Source: Tepidisphaera sp. (lineage in GTDB: Bacteria > Planctomycetota > Phycisphaerae > Phycisphaerales > UBA1924). From it: a DNA stretch of 64,000 nt. Both the position numbers and the translations under genes were made by a program. Below the pieces are notes generated by a model. That model was not told the DNA's origin, did no database searches, and saw nothing but the letters and a program-made list of their open reading frames with translations. The stretch is from assembly GCA_050916045.1 (NCBI GenBank), contig CP051526.1:2112001-2176000 (forward strand), given 5' to 3'. This document shows, one piece after another, positions 63,799 to 64,000 of the stretch (positions are counted from its first letter, which is position 1; each line of letters opens with the position of its first letter).

Positions 63799-64000
63799 AT
63801 GAAGACCACCAGCCGCCGAATCTCTTCCGTTCACGCCGCGTTCGCGGCAGTGCTCGGCCTTGCCGTCGGAAGCGTCACTCTCGCGCAACCCCAGCCCGCG
63901 ACCCGCACGACGGGCGAGGCGGCAAGCGGCGTCGTCAAACGTGCCGGGAAGGTCCATGAGCCGGCGGAGAGCCTGAGCGCCCAGTTGCGTCGTGAAGCGG
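63799..64000 (+). CDS. Secreted protein, N-terminal part, runs off the window edge
   Basis: ATG 63799 with GGGAG upstream. MKTTSRRISSVHAAFAAVLGLAVGSVTLA-Q signal peptide. No stop before the window end. Confidence 0.65.
   Translation, partial: MKTTSRRISSVHAAFAAVLGLAVGSVTLAQPQPATRTTGEAASGVVKRAGKVHEPAESLSAQLRREA

Overview
High-GC bacterial chromosomal segment, most likely from a planctomycete of the Phycisphaerales type. This is inferred from the C-terminal 'GC-type' dockerin anchor, PAP/PTP-type PEP-CTERM tails and 'TYQGQL' secreted proteins. It holds about 55 CDSs and one tRNA-Arg(CCT). No integrase, transposase, rRNA or CRISPR array is visible. Housekeeping genes (murA, gyrA, RsmB-like, sigma-70 factor, trxB, aroB, rsfS, rlmN, ispD, photolyase) are interleaved with secreted or surface proteins. 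Best candidates for undescribed biology: (1) a ParA ATPase fused to an AMPK-type glycogen-binding module, followed by a P-loop-less MinD/FlhG-like protein, possibly a carbohydrate-granule positioning system; (2) a hybrid histidine kinase with a complete ETR1-type ethylene-binding domain; (3) a furan-fatty-acid/photo-oxidative-stress-like operon led by a CarH-like regulator with Tyr in place of the cobalamin-ligating His, divergent from a SOUL heme-binding gene, with a duplicated 17-bp candidate operator; (4) a fibre + protease + dockerin-anchor surface module; (5) an intergenic 10 x 21-bp tandem array; (6) a decayed ligase-associated DNA-repair cluster; (7) many apparently leaderless genes. 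All functional calls come from motif recognition by eye, and no database search was run.
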